This document shows, in pieces, positions 35,174 to 44,424 of a stretch of DNA of 64,000 nt. The notes under the pieces were generated by a model. That model was not told the origin of the DNA, searched no databases, and saw nothing but the letters and a program-made list of their open reading frames with translations. Both the position numbers and the translations under genes were made by a program. This stretch comes from Longimicrobiales bacterium. Its GTDB lineage: Bacteria > Gemmatimonadota > Gemmatimonadetes > Longimicrobiales > Gaopeijiaceae. Numbering within the stretch: the first letter of the stretch is position 1; every line of letters begins with the position of its first letter. The DNA is taken from assembly GCA_965116905.1 (NCBI GenBank), contig OZ220732.1:224001-288000 (forward strand), read 5' to 3'.

Positions 35174-35467
35174 CTCGCTTTTCCAGAGCCCGAGCAGGTA
35201 GGGATCGAAGCGCTCCGGGTGTTCCCGGTACTGCCTGCGCCACTCTTCGAACTCCGGCAGGTCGAGTCGCTCGCGCACCCTGGCGGTCGCGTAGCGGATG
35301 GCGTCGTTGTACGAGGCGGGTGCTACCCCCCTGGCCCGGCGCGCCTCCGATTCGGCCAGCGAATAGATTTCGTCCGGATCGAGGGATAGCACGGCGTCGG
35401 CAACGCGGGCAGAGCAATAGTCCCTGTACTTCGCCCTAAGTACGTCGTCCCCGTCTCGCTCCGCCAT
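35162..35467 (-). CDS. Hypothetical protein (101 aa)
   Basis: AAGG before ATG; protein-like composition (KYRDYCSARVAD, LPEFEEW). Confidence 0.7.
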   Translation of the reverse strand: MAERDGDDVLRAKYRDYCSARVADAVLSLDPDEIYSLAESEARRARGVAPASYNDAIRYATARVRERLDLPEFEEWRRQYREHPERFDPYLLGLWKSEEED

Positions 35468-35685
35468 CCTTGCCCTCGTGCCTGACTCGCGACCCCAGCG
35501 TCTGACTCCGGAGGGGTCTGACTCCGGAGACCCGGGTCGGCCAACTCACAACTTTCCGTGTCAGCCACGGCGCGTCAAGGCTGGCGGCAACCACGCGAGC
35601 GGTCAGTGGCCCCGCCGTATCGAGGTTGATTGCCAGCGGCGCGGCGGCACGCCGGAGATGGCAAGCGGTGAGGCCTTGAAGGCCC

Positions 35686-35916
35686 CTATGGGTGCGCGAA
35701 GTCCGTGCCCGAGTCCGCCGAGTGGCGCATGGAACCGGCGTGGCTGCCCTCGGCATCCCTAAGTCGGCGATAGATCGAACGTCGCGTGAGACCGTACTGG
35801 ACGACCCGGCTCAGAAAGTCCGGATCCGAACGCTGTACCTCCTCGGCTTCCGCAGCCAGGTCGTTCGGCAGGCGAACGTCGAGTTGCACGGACCGCGTGT
35901 TCCACATGCGCACCAC
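35686..35916 (-). CDS. Small hypothetical protein (about 73-76 aa)
   Basis: VQLDVRLPNDLAAEAEEVQRSDPDFLSRVVQYGLTRR has an RHH-like beta-alpha-alpha pattern. Confidence 0.6.
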   Translation of the reverse strand: MVRMWNTRSVQLDVRLPNDLAAEAEEVQRSDPDFLSRVVQYGLTRRSIYRRLRDAEGSHAGSMRHSADSGTDFAHP

Positions 35917-36050
35917 ACCCTTAAGTCAGGAGATGTAATTCTCGCCAATTTCAGCCGACAAGCCCCGGGGAGGAGCGTGGCGCCGGCAGCGAGCGGGCAA
36001 CCCTTCCTTCCGAAGGACGGGCTTCAACGATACAAGGCTCGAACGCGACC

Positions 36051-36271
36051 CGCAAGCACGTTCCCGGTTCTGTATCCAAATCCCCTAACTCATTATGTGT
36101 CAACATGTTACGAGAATAGGCCACTTTTGGAATCCAGTTGTTTCCGGACGACTCACCAGGTCCCGAGAGTACCGTTCCGACACGCGCTAAGTGACAAATT
36201 GATAAGCAGTTGGATGCCTCTTCCGAAGTCGGATCGAAGGGCGATGGGAAACAGATTTTTGCCAAAAAATC
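36051..36271 (-). promoter_or_regulatory. AT-richer regulatory region: sigma54-like element, IHF-like sites and a palindrome
   Basis: Minus strand CCGGGAACGTGCTTGC (GG-N10-GC) at 36051-36067; TAAC-N17-GTTA at 36086-36110; GATTTTTGCCAAAAAATC at 36254-36271. Confidence 0.35.
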
Positions 36272-36395
36272 ATCACCGTGCGCCACGATCGAAAAAGCCG
36301 TGAAACGCTCGTCGCGGCCGAGTTTCGGCGTCGGAGAACTCCCCCGCAGCGGTCCGCAGCGCCCCCCTCCACCCCCGTGGACCCCCGCCCGGTGG

Positions 36396-37325
36396 TCAGT
36401 GCACCGCGAGTCCGCTGTCCGCCGCGTCTCCACCCACTGCATCGGCATCCCCGATGGAAAGCCGATTCAGGGTCGCCCGTTCTCCAAAAGTCGACACGAT
36501 GCCGCCGACCGCCCTGAACCGCTCAGGCTCGAAACGCGCGATCAGATGACTCAGACCGCCCCGCATCCGCTGCAGGCTCACCCGCAACTCGTCGAAGTCC
36601 ACGGGTATCCCGAAGCGTACCTGGCGCGATTCGTCCCCGCCCCGGGCAGCCACGGACGGGCGGCCGATCGGCAAGCCAGGAAAGACCTCGCGCAGCACGC
36701 TGTCCAGCGTCCGGGCAGCTTCGGCCGTCGCCGCGCGGAACACGAGTGCATTCGCCTCGTAGTCCAGATGCACGCGCGTGACTGCCCCGCGCCCGGTGAC
36801 GATGCGCACGACCGTGTTCTCGTGGAGGTCCAGATCCTTGCAGATGTCGCGGAAGCCGATCCGGAGCAGCGTGGGCCGGGTCAGCGGCGAAAAGCCCCGG
36901 CGGTTGAGGACCCTGAGTGCCAGGTCGAAACAGTAGCGGCGGAGTTGCCGGCCGTCGGGGCGGTCGGCGGATTCGGTCTTCGCGGCCGCTTGTGGCGCTC
37001 CCATGGCCCCGGAACCCTCTCCGGGAGAGGCGAGCGTCTTCAAATGCATGAGCGTGGGGCCGTATACCCAATCCAGGACCACGAGCTCGGACGCAAGGTT
37101 CAGGTACTTGATCCTTGCCGACCCCAGATCGATCGCGCGGGCGGACGAGGCGAACCGGCCTTCCAGGACCACCGCGAGTCCGATGTCCTGAATCCGGCCG
37201 CCGGGCTGGTACAGCTCGTGGGCCTGCCGGTACTGCACGACGGCCCTCGTAAGCGGCAGCTCACAAATGCCGGGCACATCGGCCATCGCCTCTGGGCGAC
37301 TTTCCGTCGTAGTCATCCGGTGCAT
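36396..37325 (-). CDS. Hypothetical protein (about 309 aa)
   Basis: Long ORF with globular composition, divergent from rpsU; no family recognised. Confidence 0.7.
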   Translation of the reverse strand: MHRMTTTESRPEAMADVPGICELPLTRAVVQYRQAHELYQPGGRIQDIGLAVVLEGRFASSARAIDLGSARIKYLNLASELVVLDWVYGPTLMHLKTLASPGEGSGAMGAPQAAAKTESADRPDGRQLRRYCFDLALRVLNRRGFSPLTRPTLLRIGFRDICKDLDLHENTVVRIVTGRGAVTRVHLDYEANALVFRAATAEAARTLDSVLREVFPGLPIGRPSVAARGGDESRQVRFGIPVDFDELRVSLQRMRGGLSHLIARFEPERFRAVGGIVSTFGERATLNRLSIGDADAVGGDAADSGLAVH

Positions 37326-37333
37326 GGGGCGGG

Positions 37334-37363
37334 ATAATAACCATATGTTTATCGGGCGGGCAA
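37334..37363 (-). promoter_or_regulatory. Sigma70-like promoter TTGCCC-N18-TATTAT
   Basis: The -10 box lies 8 nt before ATG 37325. Confidence 0.45.
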
Positions 37364-37459
37364 GGCGCCCGGCGGACACGCTCGCCGACACGCCGGGCCA
37401 CACAATGGCCGACACGCTCGCCGACACTGGGGCCTGTGCTGGCGTTGGAGAACCGGCTC

Positions 37460-37489
37460 TTGTTCTCCCTACCCGCTCACGGCTATGAT
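37460..37489 (+). promoter_or_regulatory. Sigma70-like promoter for rpsU (TTGTTC-N18-TATGAT)
   Basis: Near-consensus -10 about 110 nt upstream of rpsU. Confidence 0.35.
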
Positions 37490-37602
37490 TAAGGTCTTGC
37501 CACAAGTTCCCGGGACTCGGGGGCCCATGGTCACCGAGCCGCCGGTTCGGTCCGCCGCGCGATCGGCACACGGCCGAGTCCCTCAACGCAGGGTGATTTC
37601 AC

Positions 37603-37797
37603 TTGGAAGTCTTCGTCAAAGAGAACGAGAGCCTGGAGCGGGCACTTCGCCGGTTCAAACGGAAGGTGCAGAGATCCGGGCTGTACTCGGAGCTCCGCAA
37701 GCGCCGCTTCTACGAGAAGCCTAGCGCGCAGCGGAAGCGGCGGCGCGAGGCGGCCATCCGCCGCGAGCGGAGACGCCAGCGCCGGTCGCGGCGATAG
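37603..37797 (+). CDS. rpsU: 30S ribosomal protein S21
   Basis: [18 protein letters not shown]...[15 protein letters not shown] start. Confidence 0.96.
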   Translation: MEVFVKENESLERALRRFKRKVQRSGLYSELRKRRFYEKPSAQRKRRREAAIRRERRRQRRSRR

Positions 37798-37802
37798 AAT
37801 CC

Positions 37803-38681
37803 TCAGATCTTCAGCGCCACCGGCCCCTCAGGGGTCCAATCGTAGAATCCGGCGCCGCTCTTCCGCCCGTACCGACCCATGGTCACGAGACGCTTGAGCA
37901 GGGGAGGCGCCGCATAGCGCTCTTCCCGGTACTCGTCATACATGATCTCCGCGACCTGGTAGAGCGTATCGAGCCCCACGAAGTCGCATAGTACGAACGG
38001 ACCCATCGGGTGCCCGCAACCCAGGGTCAGAGCCGTGTCGATGTCCTCGACCGAGGCCACCCCGCGCTCCAGCTGCCGGATCGCGTCGAGCATGAACGGG
38101 ACCAGAAGCAGGTTGACCACGAAGCCGGAGTTGTCTCTGGCCGCAATGGGCACCTTGCCGACCCGCCTGGCGAAGGCCCGCGCCGTCTCGAAGGTCTCGT
38201 CGCTGGTGGCGATGGTCCGGACGACTTCGACCAGCTTCATGACCGGCACCGGGTTGAAGAAGTGGATGCCGATGAAGCGATCCGGCCGCGACGTGGCCGC
38301 GGCCATGTCCGTCACCGTCAGTGAGCTGGTGTTGGACGCGAAGATCGTCCTTTCGGGGCAAACGCCGTCGAGGTGGCTGAAGAGGTCGTTCTTCGCCTCG
38401 AGCGACTCGACGATGGCCTCGATGACCATGTCGCAGTCGGCGAAGTCGTCCAGCGAGGTCGTAAAGGTGATGCGCGCGAGCACCTCGTCGCGCCCGGCCG
38501 CATCGAGCTTGCCCTTCGACACGGCCCGGTCGAGCGACTTGACCATCCGGGAGCGTCCCGCGGCGACCGCCGCCGCGTCCACCTCGCACACTACCACGTC
38601 GCACCCGGCCTTCGCCGCGACCTCCACGATGCCGCTGCCCATGAGTCCACAACCGGCAACGCCCAGTCTGTTGATCTCCAA
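37803..38681 (-). CDS. 3-hydroxybutyryl-CoA / 3-hydroxyacyl-CoA dehydrogenase
   Basis: GCGLMGSGI, VIEAIVE, ASNTSSL, GIHFFNPVP, GFVVN, HPMGP, GRKSG. Confidence 0.94.
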   Translation of the reverse strand: MEINRLGVAGCGLMGSGIVEVAAKAGCDVVVCEVDAAAVAAGRSRMVKSLDRAVSKGKLDAAGRDEVLARITFTTSLDDFADCDMVIEAIVESLEAKNDLFSHLDGVCPERTIFASNTSSLTVTDMAAATSRPDRFIGIHFFNPVPVMKLVEVVRTIATSDETFETARAFARRVGKVPIAARDNSGFVVNLLLVPFMLDAIRQLERGVASVEDIDTALTLGCGHPMGPFVLCDFVGLDTLYQVAEIMYDEYREERYAAPPLLKRLVTMGRYGRKSGAGFYDWTPEGPVALKI

Positions 38682-38706
38682 ACCCGAATCTCCTTTGCCT
38701 TCAGTG

Positions 38707-39561
38707 TCAGTAATCGTCCCGGCCCATCACCTCGCGGGCGACGCCGTGGAAGTGGCGCCGCACCCATCGCCGCCAGGCCGGCGGCGGAGGCTCCAGTCCT
38801 CCGTCGCTTTCAAGCCCGTCGAGGATGCCCTCCACCTCGAGGCGTACCTCGCCGAGGCGCCGCTCGAAGCCCAGGGCCACCATGCTCATCACCGCCACTG
38901 CGGAGACGATCCCGGCCGCCAGGCCGCCCGCAACCGCCACGGGCAGCGTTGCCAGCAAGGCAAGGCCGGTGCTGACTCCGATCCCCACGGCTGCACCGGT
39001 CGTCCCGCCTCCCAGCACGGCACCCGTCCTGTATTTGCCCGCCATGCCGGGATCGACGACGATGTCCACCTGCGTGGAGTCCGGGCCCAGCTCGTCCAGG
39101 CGCGCCTCCACCAGCCGCGACGCGGCCACGTAGTGCTGCCGGGAGGTCGAACTCGCCGCCCGCGCCACCCGCGACGCCCAATCGATCGCGGGGCGGTATT
39201 GGAGCAGATCTTCCCTTTGGCGAACGCGCTGCAGGAGCTGGCTGCCGACCATGAACTCGTCCAGCTCGCCATGAACCTGCGCGCGCGACCGCTTCACCGT
39301 CCGGCCCGAATGGATCTCTCCGGTGGCCAGAAGCGCCCGAATGCGCCCGCGCCCCCGAACGAGCCGGCCGCGGTCCGAGCGGAACTCGGCCAGGGCTCTG
39401 CGCACATGTCGGTCCGGCAGTCCGACTTCTCGCCCGATACGGACCAGCTCGGCCTCCGTGAACTCCTCGTCCGGCGCACCCGGCTCCGTTGCGGCGAGTT
39501 CCGAGGCCCGCCGCATCACTTCGTCGAAGTCTCGCCTCGACAGCGTTGGCTTGCTGCTCAT
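38707..39561 (-). CDS. Hypothetical membrane protein
   Basis: EVMRRASEL...ELVRIGREVGL N-domain and two C-terminal hydrophobic helices. Confidence 0.7.
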   Translation of the reverse strand: MSSKPTLSRRDFDEVMRRASELAATEPGAPDEEFTEAELVRIGREVGLPDRHVRRALAEFRSDRGRLVRGRGRIRALLATGEIHSGRTVKRSRAQVHGELDEFMVGSQLLQRVRQREDLLQYRPAIDWASRVARAASSTSRQHYVAASRLVEARLDELGPDSTQVDIVVDPGMAGKYRTGAVLGGGTTGAAVGIGVSTGLALLATLPVAVAGGLAAGIVSAVAVMSMVALGFERRLGEVRLEVEGILDGLESDGGLEPPPPAWRRWVRRHFHGVAREVMGRDDY

Positions 39562-39588
39562 TCGTCCATCCGGCATGCACCGACCGTA

Positions 39589-40794
39589 TCAGAACGCTTC
39601 CACCACCACCGCGCCGCCCTGCCCGCCGCCGATGCACGCCGCGCCGAGGCCATACCGTGCGCCCCGCCGCCGCAGCTCGTGAAGCAGGTGCAGCGTGATT
39701 CTGGTTCCCGAGGCCGCAAGCGGGTGGGTGATCGCAATCGCGCCGCCATCGACGTTCGTGCGTTCGGGATCGAGTTCCAGCTCCTTTTCGACGGCCTTGT
39801 ACTGGGGCGCGAAGGCCTCGTTCACCTCGACAAGGTCCATGTCGTCCAGGCCCAGACCCGCGGCGGACAGGGCGGCGTGGGCAGCCGGCGCGGGGCCGAT
39901 CCCCATGATCCTGGGGTCCACGCCGGCGAATCCCCATGACACCAGCCGTCCGATCGGGGAGGTCCCGTTCGCCCGGGCCCAATCCCCCTCGGCGAGAACG
40001 ACCGACGCGGCGCCGTCACCGATGCCGCTGGCGTTCCCCGCCGTGACCAGTCCGTCCTTGCGGAAGTAGGGCCGCAGCCGTCCCAGGTCTTCCATGGTCG
40101 TATCCGGCCGCATGTGCTCGTCGACCGCGAACCGCGACTCGCCCTTGCGCGTCTTCACGGTGACCGGCGCGACCTCGGCGTCGTAGCGGCCCTCATCCCA
40201 CGCCGCCTTCGCGCGCTGCTGGCTGGCGACGGCGACCCGATCCGCCTCTTCGCGGGTCACCTCGTACCGGTCGGCGAGCTCCTCGGCGGTCTGCGCCATG
40301 CTCAGGCCGCAGTGCGAGTCGGTCAGGGCCTCCCAGAGCACGTCGTGGAACCCGTTCGCCGCGGGACCGAGCCGCAAGCCGCCCCACCTCGCGCCGCGCA
40401 CGACGTGCGGGGCCTGGCTCATGGACTCCGTGCCGCCGCACAGGGTCACGGCCGCGCCGCCGAGCAGGATCTCCTGGGCGCCCGACACGACCGCCTGAAA
40501 ACCCGAGCCGCACAGCCGGTTCACCGTGAGGGCGCCTGCCTCCCGGGGCACGCCCGCGCGCAGGCCGACGTGCCGCGCGAGGTAGATCGCGTCGGCGGAG
40601 GTCTGCAGTGCGTTGCCGTAGAAGACGTGGCCCACCTCAGCGGGCTCGATGCCTGCGGCCTCCAACGCCGCCTCGGCCGACAACACCCCGAGATCCGTGG
40701 CGGTGAAGTCCTTCAGCGAGCCGCCGAAGGTTCCAAAGGGAGTCCGCTTCCCCGAGAGGAAGACGACCTCCGTATCAAATCCTTGAGTCCCCAT
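39589..40794 (-). CDS. Acetyl-CoA C-acyltransferase (thiolase)
   Basis: RTPFG, NRLCGSG, TAGNASG, VNEAFA, HPLAASG, ACIGGGQG. Confidence 0.95.
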   Translation of the reverse strand: MGTQGFDTEVVFLSGKRTPFGTFGGSLKDFTATDLGVLSAEAALEAAGIEPAEVGHVFYGNALQTSADAIYLARHVGLRAGVPREAGALTVNRLCGSGFQAVVSGAQEILLGGAAVTLCGGTESMSQAPHVVRGARWGGLRLGPAANGFHDVLWEALTDSHCGLSMAQTAEELADRYEVTREEADRVAVASQQRAKAAWDEGRYDAEVAPVTVKTRKGESRFAVDEHMRPDTTMEDLGRLRPYFRKDGLVTAGNASGIGDGAASVVLAEGDWARANGTSPIGRLVSWGFAGVDPRIMGIGPAPAAHAALSAAGLGLDDMDLVEVNEAFAPQYKAVEKELELDPERTNVDGGAIAITHPLAASGTRITLHLLHELRRRGARYGLGAACIGGGQGGAVVVEAF

Positions 40795-40889
40795 CCCTAA
40801 GCTCCATGACTACGTCAGCTCCATGAATACGTCGACCAGATCGCCGAAACGCGCGAAACACCGTTCAACTTAACCCGATTCCGCGCCGA

Positions 40890-40932
40890 GCAGTTCGTGG
40901 ATAGAGTCCCCCCGGCATTATCCACGGACTGC
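40890..40932. terminator. Inverted repeat / hairpin over the stop codon of the dehydrogenase gene
   Basis: GCAGTTCGTGGATA ... TATCCACGGACTGC 14-bp arms; no clear U tract. Confidence 0.35.
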
Positions 40933-41976
40933 CAGCAGCCGCGCTGCCATCCATCGCCCGACTTCTCGCGTGGTGGCGCTGCCCCCCAGGTCGGGTGTTG
41001 TGACGCCCTCGTTGAAAGACGCGAGAATGCAGTCGGCCACATCGGCCGCGGCTTCTTCCAGGCCAAGGTACCCGAGCACGAGGCTCACGCACGCCACCGC
41101 TGCCACCGGGTTCGCAATGCCCTTGCCGGCGATATCGGGTGCCGACCCATGTACCGGCTCGAAGAGGGCCCACGAGCCCGGGTTGATGTTGCCCGAAGGC
41201 GCGAGACCCAGGCCGCCGGTAACCTGCGCGCCAAGATCGCTGAGGATGTCGCCGAAGAGGTTCGAAGTCACCACCACCTCGTAGCGCTGCGGCCGGCGGA
41301 CCAGGTCCATGGCCATGGCGTCGACGTACATGGCGTCGCGGTCGATCTCCGGGAATTCGCCACCGGTCTCGTCGAAGACACGCCGCCACAGTCCCCCTTC
41401 GTACGCGAGCACGTTGGCCTTGTCCACCAGCGTAACGCGGGTGCACCCCGTCGCCCGCGCGTGTTCGAAGGCGGCCCTCACGATTCGCTCCACGCCCTTG
41501 TAGGTGTTAAGACTCTCCTCGATCGCGACCTCGTCCGTCGTGCCGGTCCTGAAGCTGCCTCCGATGCCCGCGTAGAGCCCCTCGGTGTTTTCCCGGAAGA
41601 AGACGATGTCGGTGGCGGGATCGGGGTTCCGGAGCGGAGACAGGGCCGGCACGAGGAGCTTGCAGGGCCGATAGTTGATGTACAGGTCCGCGAACACCCG
41701 CAGGCCCAGCAGGATGTCGCGGGCGTGCACGTTGTCGGGAACGCGAGGGTCGCCGAGCGCGCCGAGAAGCGCCGCGTCGTATTCGTTGACGAGGCGGTCG
41801 CGGTCTTCGGGCGTCAGGGTGGTGCCGTCGCGCAGGTAGCGGTCCGCGCCCAGATCCCAGTCGTCCAGCGTGAGGTCGAGCCCGTGCTTTTCGGCGGCGG
41901 CGCGCATCACCTCGCTGGCGGCGCGCACGACTTCGGGACCGATTCCGTCCCCTGGGATCAGCGCGATCCGGGCCAC
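40918..41976 (-). CDS. Isocitrate/isopropylmalate (tartrate) dehydrogenase family
   Basis: IPGDGIGPEV, RENTEGLY, VDKANVL, SNLFGDILSDL, FEPVHGSAPDIAGKGIANP. Confidence 0.92.
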   Translation of the reverse strand: MARIALIPGDGIGPEVVRAASEVMRAAAEKHGLDLTLDDWDLGADRYLRDGTTLTPEDRDRLVNEYDAALLGALGDPRVPDNVHARDILLGLRVFADLYINYRPCKLLVPALSPLRNPDPATDIVFFRENTEGLYAGIGGSFRTGTTDEVAIEESLNTYKGVERIVRAAFEHARATGCTRVTLVDKANVLAYEGGLWRRVFDETGGEFPEIDRDAMYVDAMAMDLVRRPQRYEVVVTSNLFGDILSDLGAQVTGGLGLAPSGNINPGSWALFEPVHGSAPDIAGKGIANPVAAVACVSLVLGYLGLEEAAADVADCILASFNEGVTTPDLGGSATTREVGRWMAARLLAVRG

Positions 41977-41990
41977 GCGCGAATGTGCCT

Positions 41991-42365
41991 CTACGGTACC
42001 CTCCCGAACATGATGTTGCAGCGGGGACAGAAGAAGTCCTTGCCGCGCCGCACCAGGGACGGGCCCAGTTCGCCCCGCGGGCACATCGGATCCAGGCCTT
42101 CGTCCGCCTGCATCCTGACCTTGCGCCGCTCCCGCCACGTACTGATCCGCAACGGCAGCTGGAACCGCAGCGCAGACGTCTTGCATTCGAAAAGGACGGT
42201 GCTGGTACCGTCGGGCTCCTCGCGCACGCCAAGGTCCATCAGGAATCCGCCCATGGGCGAAGGCACCTGGCGTCCGCTGCAATGCAGGCGCTCCATTTTC
42301 TTGACTTCGGGCAACTCATCGACCCCGAACCCGACCGGTCCGGGCTTTTTGTCGTCCGCGTCCAA
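41991..42365 (-). CDS. Hypothetical protein with Cys motifs (zinc-ribbon-like)
   Basis: CPRG...CPRC; abuts the asparaginase stop codon. Confidence 0.65.
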   Translation of the reverse strand: MDADDKKPGPVGFGVDELPEVKKMERLHCSGRQVPSPMGGFLMDLGVREEPDGTSTVLFECKTSALRFQLPLRISTWRERRKVRMQADEGLDPMCPRGELGPSLVRRGKDFFCPRCNIMFGRVP

Positions 42366-43469
42366 TCAACCCCTCCGCTCGAACAGGTAGGCCAGGTCCT
42401 CGTGACGGGTCTCCTCGTCCCTGCACACGGCGTAGCGGCCACCGGAATAGATGGCCGCGCCTCCGTGCTCGCCGTTCTTATTGATCGCGTAGTAGTTCAC
42501 GTTGAAGCTCGGACGGCCCTCCTCGTTCCGGAGCCGGTCTTCGGTGGTGAAGGTCACAATGCGCCGGAGCGCCTCCAGACACGCGTCGGTCGGCGACATC
42601 CCCGCGCGCATGAGTTCGACGACCGAATGGGACCCGCACGTCTTGATGACCGCTTCGCCCCGTCCCGTCGAGCCGCACGCGCCGACATCGTTGTCCACAT
42701 AGAGGCCCGCTCCCACGATCGGGGAGTCGCCCACGCGTCCCGGGATCTTGTACGACAGTCCCGACGTGGTCGTCACGCCCGAGATGTCCCCGTCCGCGTT
42801 GATGACGTTGCAGTTGATCGTTCCCTGCGGGCGCACCCCGTCGTGAGAGTCGAGCAGCGACAGTCCGTAGTCGTCCTCTTGCTCGAAGGGCGGCACCTTC
42901 ATCCCGGATTCCTCCGGCCTCAGGTAGTCGTCAATGTCGCTCATCCGGGCGCGCCACTCGATCCACCGGCGCCTGGAACGCTCGGTCAACAGATCTTCCA
43001 GCTGATGTCCCATGGACACCGCAAAGCGCTGCGCGCCCTCGCCGACCAGCAGCACGTGGTCCGTGTACCGCATGACATCGACAGCCACGCGCGAGGGCGT
43101 CTTGATGCCTTCCAGACACGCCACCGCGCCCGCCCCCCTGCTGGGACCGTGCATGACCGACGAATCGAGCTGCACGACACCGTCCAGATTGGGGAGCCCG
43201 CCGAAGCCCACGGACGCGTCGCCGGGGTCACGCTCCACGATGTTCACACCCTCGACGACCGCATCCAGCGTGTCGCCGCCCCCGGTTACGCTCTGGACGG
43301 CCGTCTCCACGGCCTCGAGCCCGTTCCCGCTCGCCACGGCAACGGGCACAACCACGCGCTTGTGCACGGCCGGAGCGGCGCGCAACGGCCGCGCGGTTCC
43401 CCCGAGGCCGACGGCGGCACCCACGCCGACCCCCGCGGAGGTCTTGAGAAAATCACGGCGATTGGTCAT
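42366..43469 (-). CDS. Tat-exported N(4)-(beta-N-acetylglucosaminyl)-L-asparaginase / isoaspartyl peptidase (Ntn hydrolase)
   Basis: NRRDFLK Tat motif; SVGFGGLP, GTINC (Thr nucleophile), TTSGL, GRVGDSPIVGAGLY, STGRGE. Confidence 0.9.
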   Translation of the reverse strand: MTNRRDFLKTSAGVGVGAAVGLGGTARPLRAAPAVHKRVVVPVAVASGNGLEAVETAVQSVTGGGDTLDAVVEGVNIVERDPGDASVGFGGLPNLDGVVQLDSSVMHGPSRGAGAVACLEGIKTPSRVAVDVMRYTDHVLLVGEGAQRFAVSMGHQLEDLLTERSRRRWIEWRARMSDIDDYLRPEESGMKVPPFEQEDDYGLSLLDSHDGVRPQGTINCNVINADGDISGVTTTSGLSYKIPGRVGDSPIVGAGLYVDNDVGACGSTGRGEAVIKTCGSHSVVELMRAGMSPTDACLEALRRIVTFTTEDRLRNEEGRPSFNVNYYAINKNGEHGGAAIYSGGRYAVCRDEETRHEDLAYLFERRG

Positions 43470-43514
43470 CGGTCGCACTCCTGCTGGGAAGGGTACTTCG
43501 ATTGGCGAATGTGG

Positions 43515-43811
43515 TCAGGCGTCCCTGGGCTCTCCCAGGATCGCCTCGCCCGCCCCGCCATCGACGGCGGGGGAGTCGGCGGGTTCCTCACGCCTGAGCC
43601 TGGAGATGACGGGCTTGCAGAACTGCATTCCCACGGCCTTCAGCTCGGAGAGCTCTCTGACCCCCAGATCCGGATACCGTTCCGCCAGGTATTCGATGGT
43701 CTCCGTCATCCAGGAGTCCTGGTCATCCACGTGGGCCTGCAGCACGCCACAGCGGTGAATGTGACTGAACAGCTCGTCTCGGGCTCGGTCCATCGGTTCT
43801 TGCTTCGCCAC
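43515..43811 (-). CDS. Hypothetical protein (98 aa)
   Basis: GGAGGAG RBS before GTG; helical domain RARDELFSHIHRCGVL. Confidence 0.7.
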   Translation of the reverse strand: MAKQEPMDRARDELFSHIHRCGVLQAHVDDQDSWMTETIEYLAERYPDLGVRELSELKAVGMQFCKPVISRLRREEPADSPAVDGGAGEAILGEPRDA

Positions 43812-43964
43812 TACTCCTCCTCATAATTGGTTTCTCACCGCGGGGTCCCGCGGACGCACCGGGCCGTTGAAATGACCCGCAAGCGAAGCCAATAAAGTAG
43901 GTGAGAAGCGAATTATGGCAAGAAACAGGAACCTGAGGCCGGGTGATTCCACCGGTTCGGACGC

Positions 43965-44372
43965 GTGAGACTGCTTGCTTTCGCCGTCTGCGACCACGCG
44001 GACGCCACCCCGGACGGGAAGCTCGACGTTCACGGAGTCTTCCACGACCTCTACGCTCCGGGCTTTCCGGCGCGCCAGGACAGGATGACCCTGGTCGTAT
44101 GCATCGAGTGGGATCGCGACGACGCGGGCCGCCATCACTTTCGTGTCGACGTGCGTGGCCCTGACGGACGTCCCACGCTCACGGTCGAGGGCGAATCCGA
44201 GGTGACTCCGCGCCCCCCCGAACGGCCGCCCCCGCGCACGCAGCTGGTGATGCCGATGGAGGATGTCGTGTTCCCCGTGCCTGGACGCTACGACTTCGAC
44301 ATCCGGGTCAAGGGGCACGTGATGCCGGGGCCGGTCCTGCACCTGGTGCACGTTCCGGCCGAGACGGCGTGA
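43965..44372 (+). CDS. DUF6941-like hypothetical protein
   Basis: CDHA...DGKLDVHGVF...FPA...FPVPGRYDFDI pattern. Confidence 0.65.
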   Translation: MRLLAFAVCDHADATPDGKLDVHGVFHDLYAPGFPARQDRMTLVVCIEWDRDDAGRHHFRVDVRGPDGRPTLTVEGESEVTPRPPERPPPRTQLVMPMEDVVFPVPGRYDFDIRVKGHVMPGPVLHLVHVPAETA

Positions 44373-44424
44373 GCCGTGGGGCGCGGGTCTGGCAGTGCGC
44401 GGGCTGCTGGCTTTCCGCGGGCTG

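Noticed and set aside
35990..36030. c-di-GMP-I riboswitch-like GGGCAA...hairpin
   Set aside because: Lacks the GNRA loop, GACGCAAA junction and second stem; wrong strand for the neighbouring genes.
40896..40926. DnaA-box-like TTATCCACG pair as oriC
   Set aside because: Only two imperfect boxes, forming a hairpin over a stop codon; no box cluster or unwinding element.
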